From contig NC_043008.1 in NCBI RefSeq assembly GCF_006345805.1, positions 55,738,001-55,802,000 on the forward strand: a DNA stretch of 64,000 nt. Reading direction: 5' to 3'. The notes under the pieces are model-generated. The model made no database searches and was not told the DNA's origin. It saw nothing but the letters and a program-made list of their open reading frames with translations. Below are positions 62,663-64,000 of the stretch, piece after piece. Each line of letters starts with the position of its first letter. Positions within the stretch are counted from its first letter, which is position 1. The translations under genes were made by a program, and so were the position numbers. Origin of the DNA: Octopus sinensis. Taxonomy: Eukaryota.

Positions 62663-63547
62663 AATGGTTGCAGGGAATAAATTGTCATGTAAATTATGCA
62701 AAAATGAAAATAACACTGACATCTCAGTTTAACAGATTTATTTACCAAAATTACATAAAAATATCTTGAAATGCTAAAGAGTAAATTTATTCAATAAAAT
62801 CACCATTGGCTTCAACCATGGCCTCCAGACGACTTTGAAATCTCCTGTAACTCTTCTGGACAGTCTCTTTGTTTAAGTTGGTGAATGCTACCATAATCCT
62901 TGCCTTCAGTTCATCTTTGGTGTTTTAAGGAGTTTTGTTGATCTCTCATTCAACTGCACCCCATGCATAATAACTAAGTGAGTTGCACTGAGAAGTTAGG
63001 TGGCCAGATGTTAGGAGTGATGTGGTCACAGAAATTATCTGACAGCCATGATTGGGTTCTTCTGCTTGTGTAGCATGGTGCAGAGTCCTGTTGCCAGACA
63101 TAGGGTCTTCCAGCAGACACCCTCTTGACCCAGAGCAACACTACCTCTTGCAGGCACTTGATGTAGACATCTGTGTTGAGTCTGAGGCTGTGTAGGATGA
63201 TGAATGGAGGCATAACATTGCCATCACTAGTGATCACTCCAAACACCATGATGTTGATGGGATGTCTGATTTTTATCACTCTCAGTACATGTTTTGAGGA
63301 CACAGCAAGACAACAGTTGTTCTGTGTGTTCAGCCTCTGTTTGTACTGGAGCTTCCAACATGAACGCCAAGCAGTACATGTTGTTTCCAAATTTTTGACA
63401 GAGTGAATTGTGCCATGGTGCTGTTTTTATCATAGACAGTGTCCAACTGACCCTACTATACTGTGTAGACAACAAAATCAAAAACAAACAATACGCATGC
63501 GCAAAATTGAAAATATAAAATTGTGACGATTTATCCATTGCACCCTG
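62663..63547 (-). mobile_element. Decayed Tc1/mariner (maT/DD37D-like) element
   Basis: ORF 62974-63390 contains IMVFGVITSDG...PPF, PYVWQQDSAPC, WPPN. The element ends CACCCTG-TA at 63541-63549; the left TIR is degenerate. Confidence 0.8.
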
Positions 63548-64000
63548 TACGTATACACTGTGACCCAACTTTTCCTCTGATGTCACTTTGCTCAACTTCA
63601 CTTTGATGTTTTTTTATCCGATGATATTTTGTCCCACGGCTTTTTGTCCAATTATAAATAAACTCTTTAGAAAACAAGGTGAACATCAAAATCAAATAAT
63701 CATTGAGAATTTTATTGGTAAGATTTGTGGTTGGACAAAATCATCATCAGACAAAAAGACGGACCAAAAGACGTGGATGAAAAGACGTTTGACAAAGTGA
63801 CGTCAGATAAAAGACCTATCACCCATACACACACAAACATACATGTGACTAAGGTGGTAGAAAACATTGCTAGAAATAAGAGCTAATGAGCTCTAATGCC
63901 AGGTGAGTTATGAGACTTTTTAAAGGAAGCATTCATAACTGTCCTCAATTATTTAAATTTTAGTATGTCATTACTATACATCTAATGAACTGATTTTCCA

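Overview
This is AT-rich, repeat-dense eukaryotic DNA. The SINE/MITE repertoire resembles an octopod cephalopod (recognised by eye, not by search). I reconstructed three spliced housekeeping genes from GT-AG sites and phase continuity. (1) DCTN3 (dynactin p22/p24), minus strand: exons 1-3 at 29098-29000, 9177-9093 and 7554-7468, a ~19.8-kb first intron, and the 3' exons apparently left of the window. (2) SRFBP1 (BUD22 family), plus strand, complete: 7 exons from 30269 to 43086, 587 aa, head-to-head with DCTN3, with an RGG-rich exon. (3) SLC25A46, minus strand: 8 exons from 58905 to 51327, first exon not found, and one exon carries an apparent 1-nt deletion. The rest is SINEs, RTE/CR1 LINE ends, decayed Tc1/mariner elements, MITEs, Helitron-like elements and microsatellites; almost all other ORFs in the track are repeat artefacts. 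Best leads: a set of frame-preserving candidate microexons (15-30 nt) in DCTN3 intron 1, interleaved with long imperfect fold-backs; a tRNA-headed SINE-like element with a Penelope-type hammerhead ribozyme tail, plus other hammerhead-like motifs; and a Nin-type SINE found as monomers, dimers and trimers with an invariant junction inside single TSDs. All structure and homology calls were made by eye and need computational confirmation.
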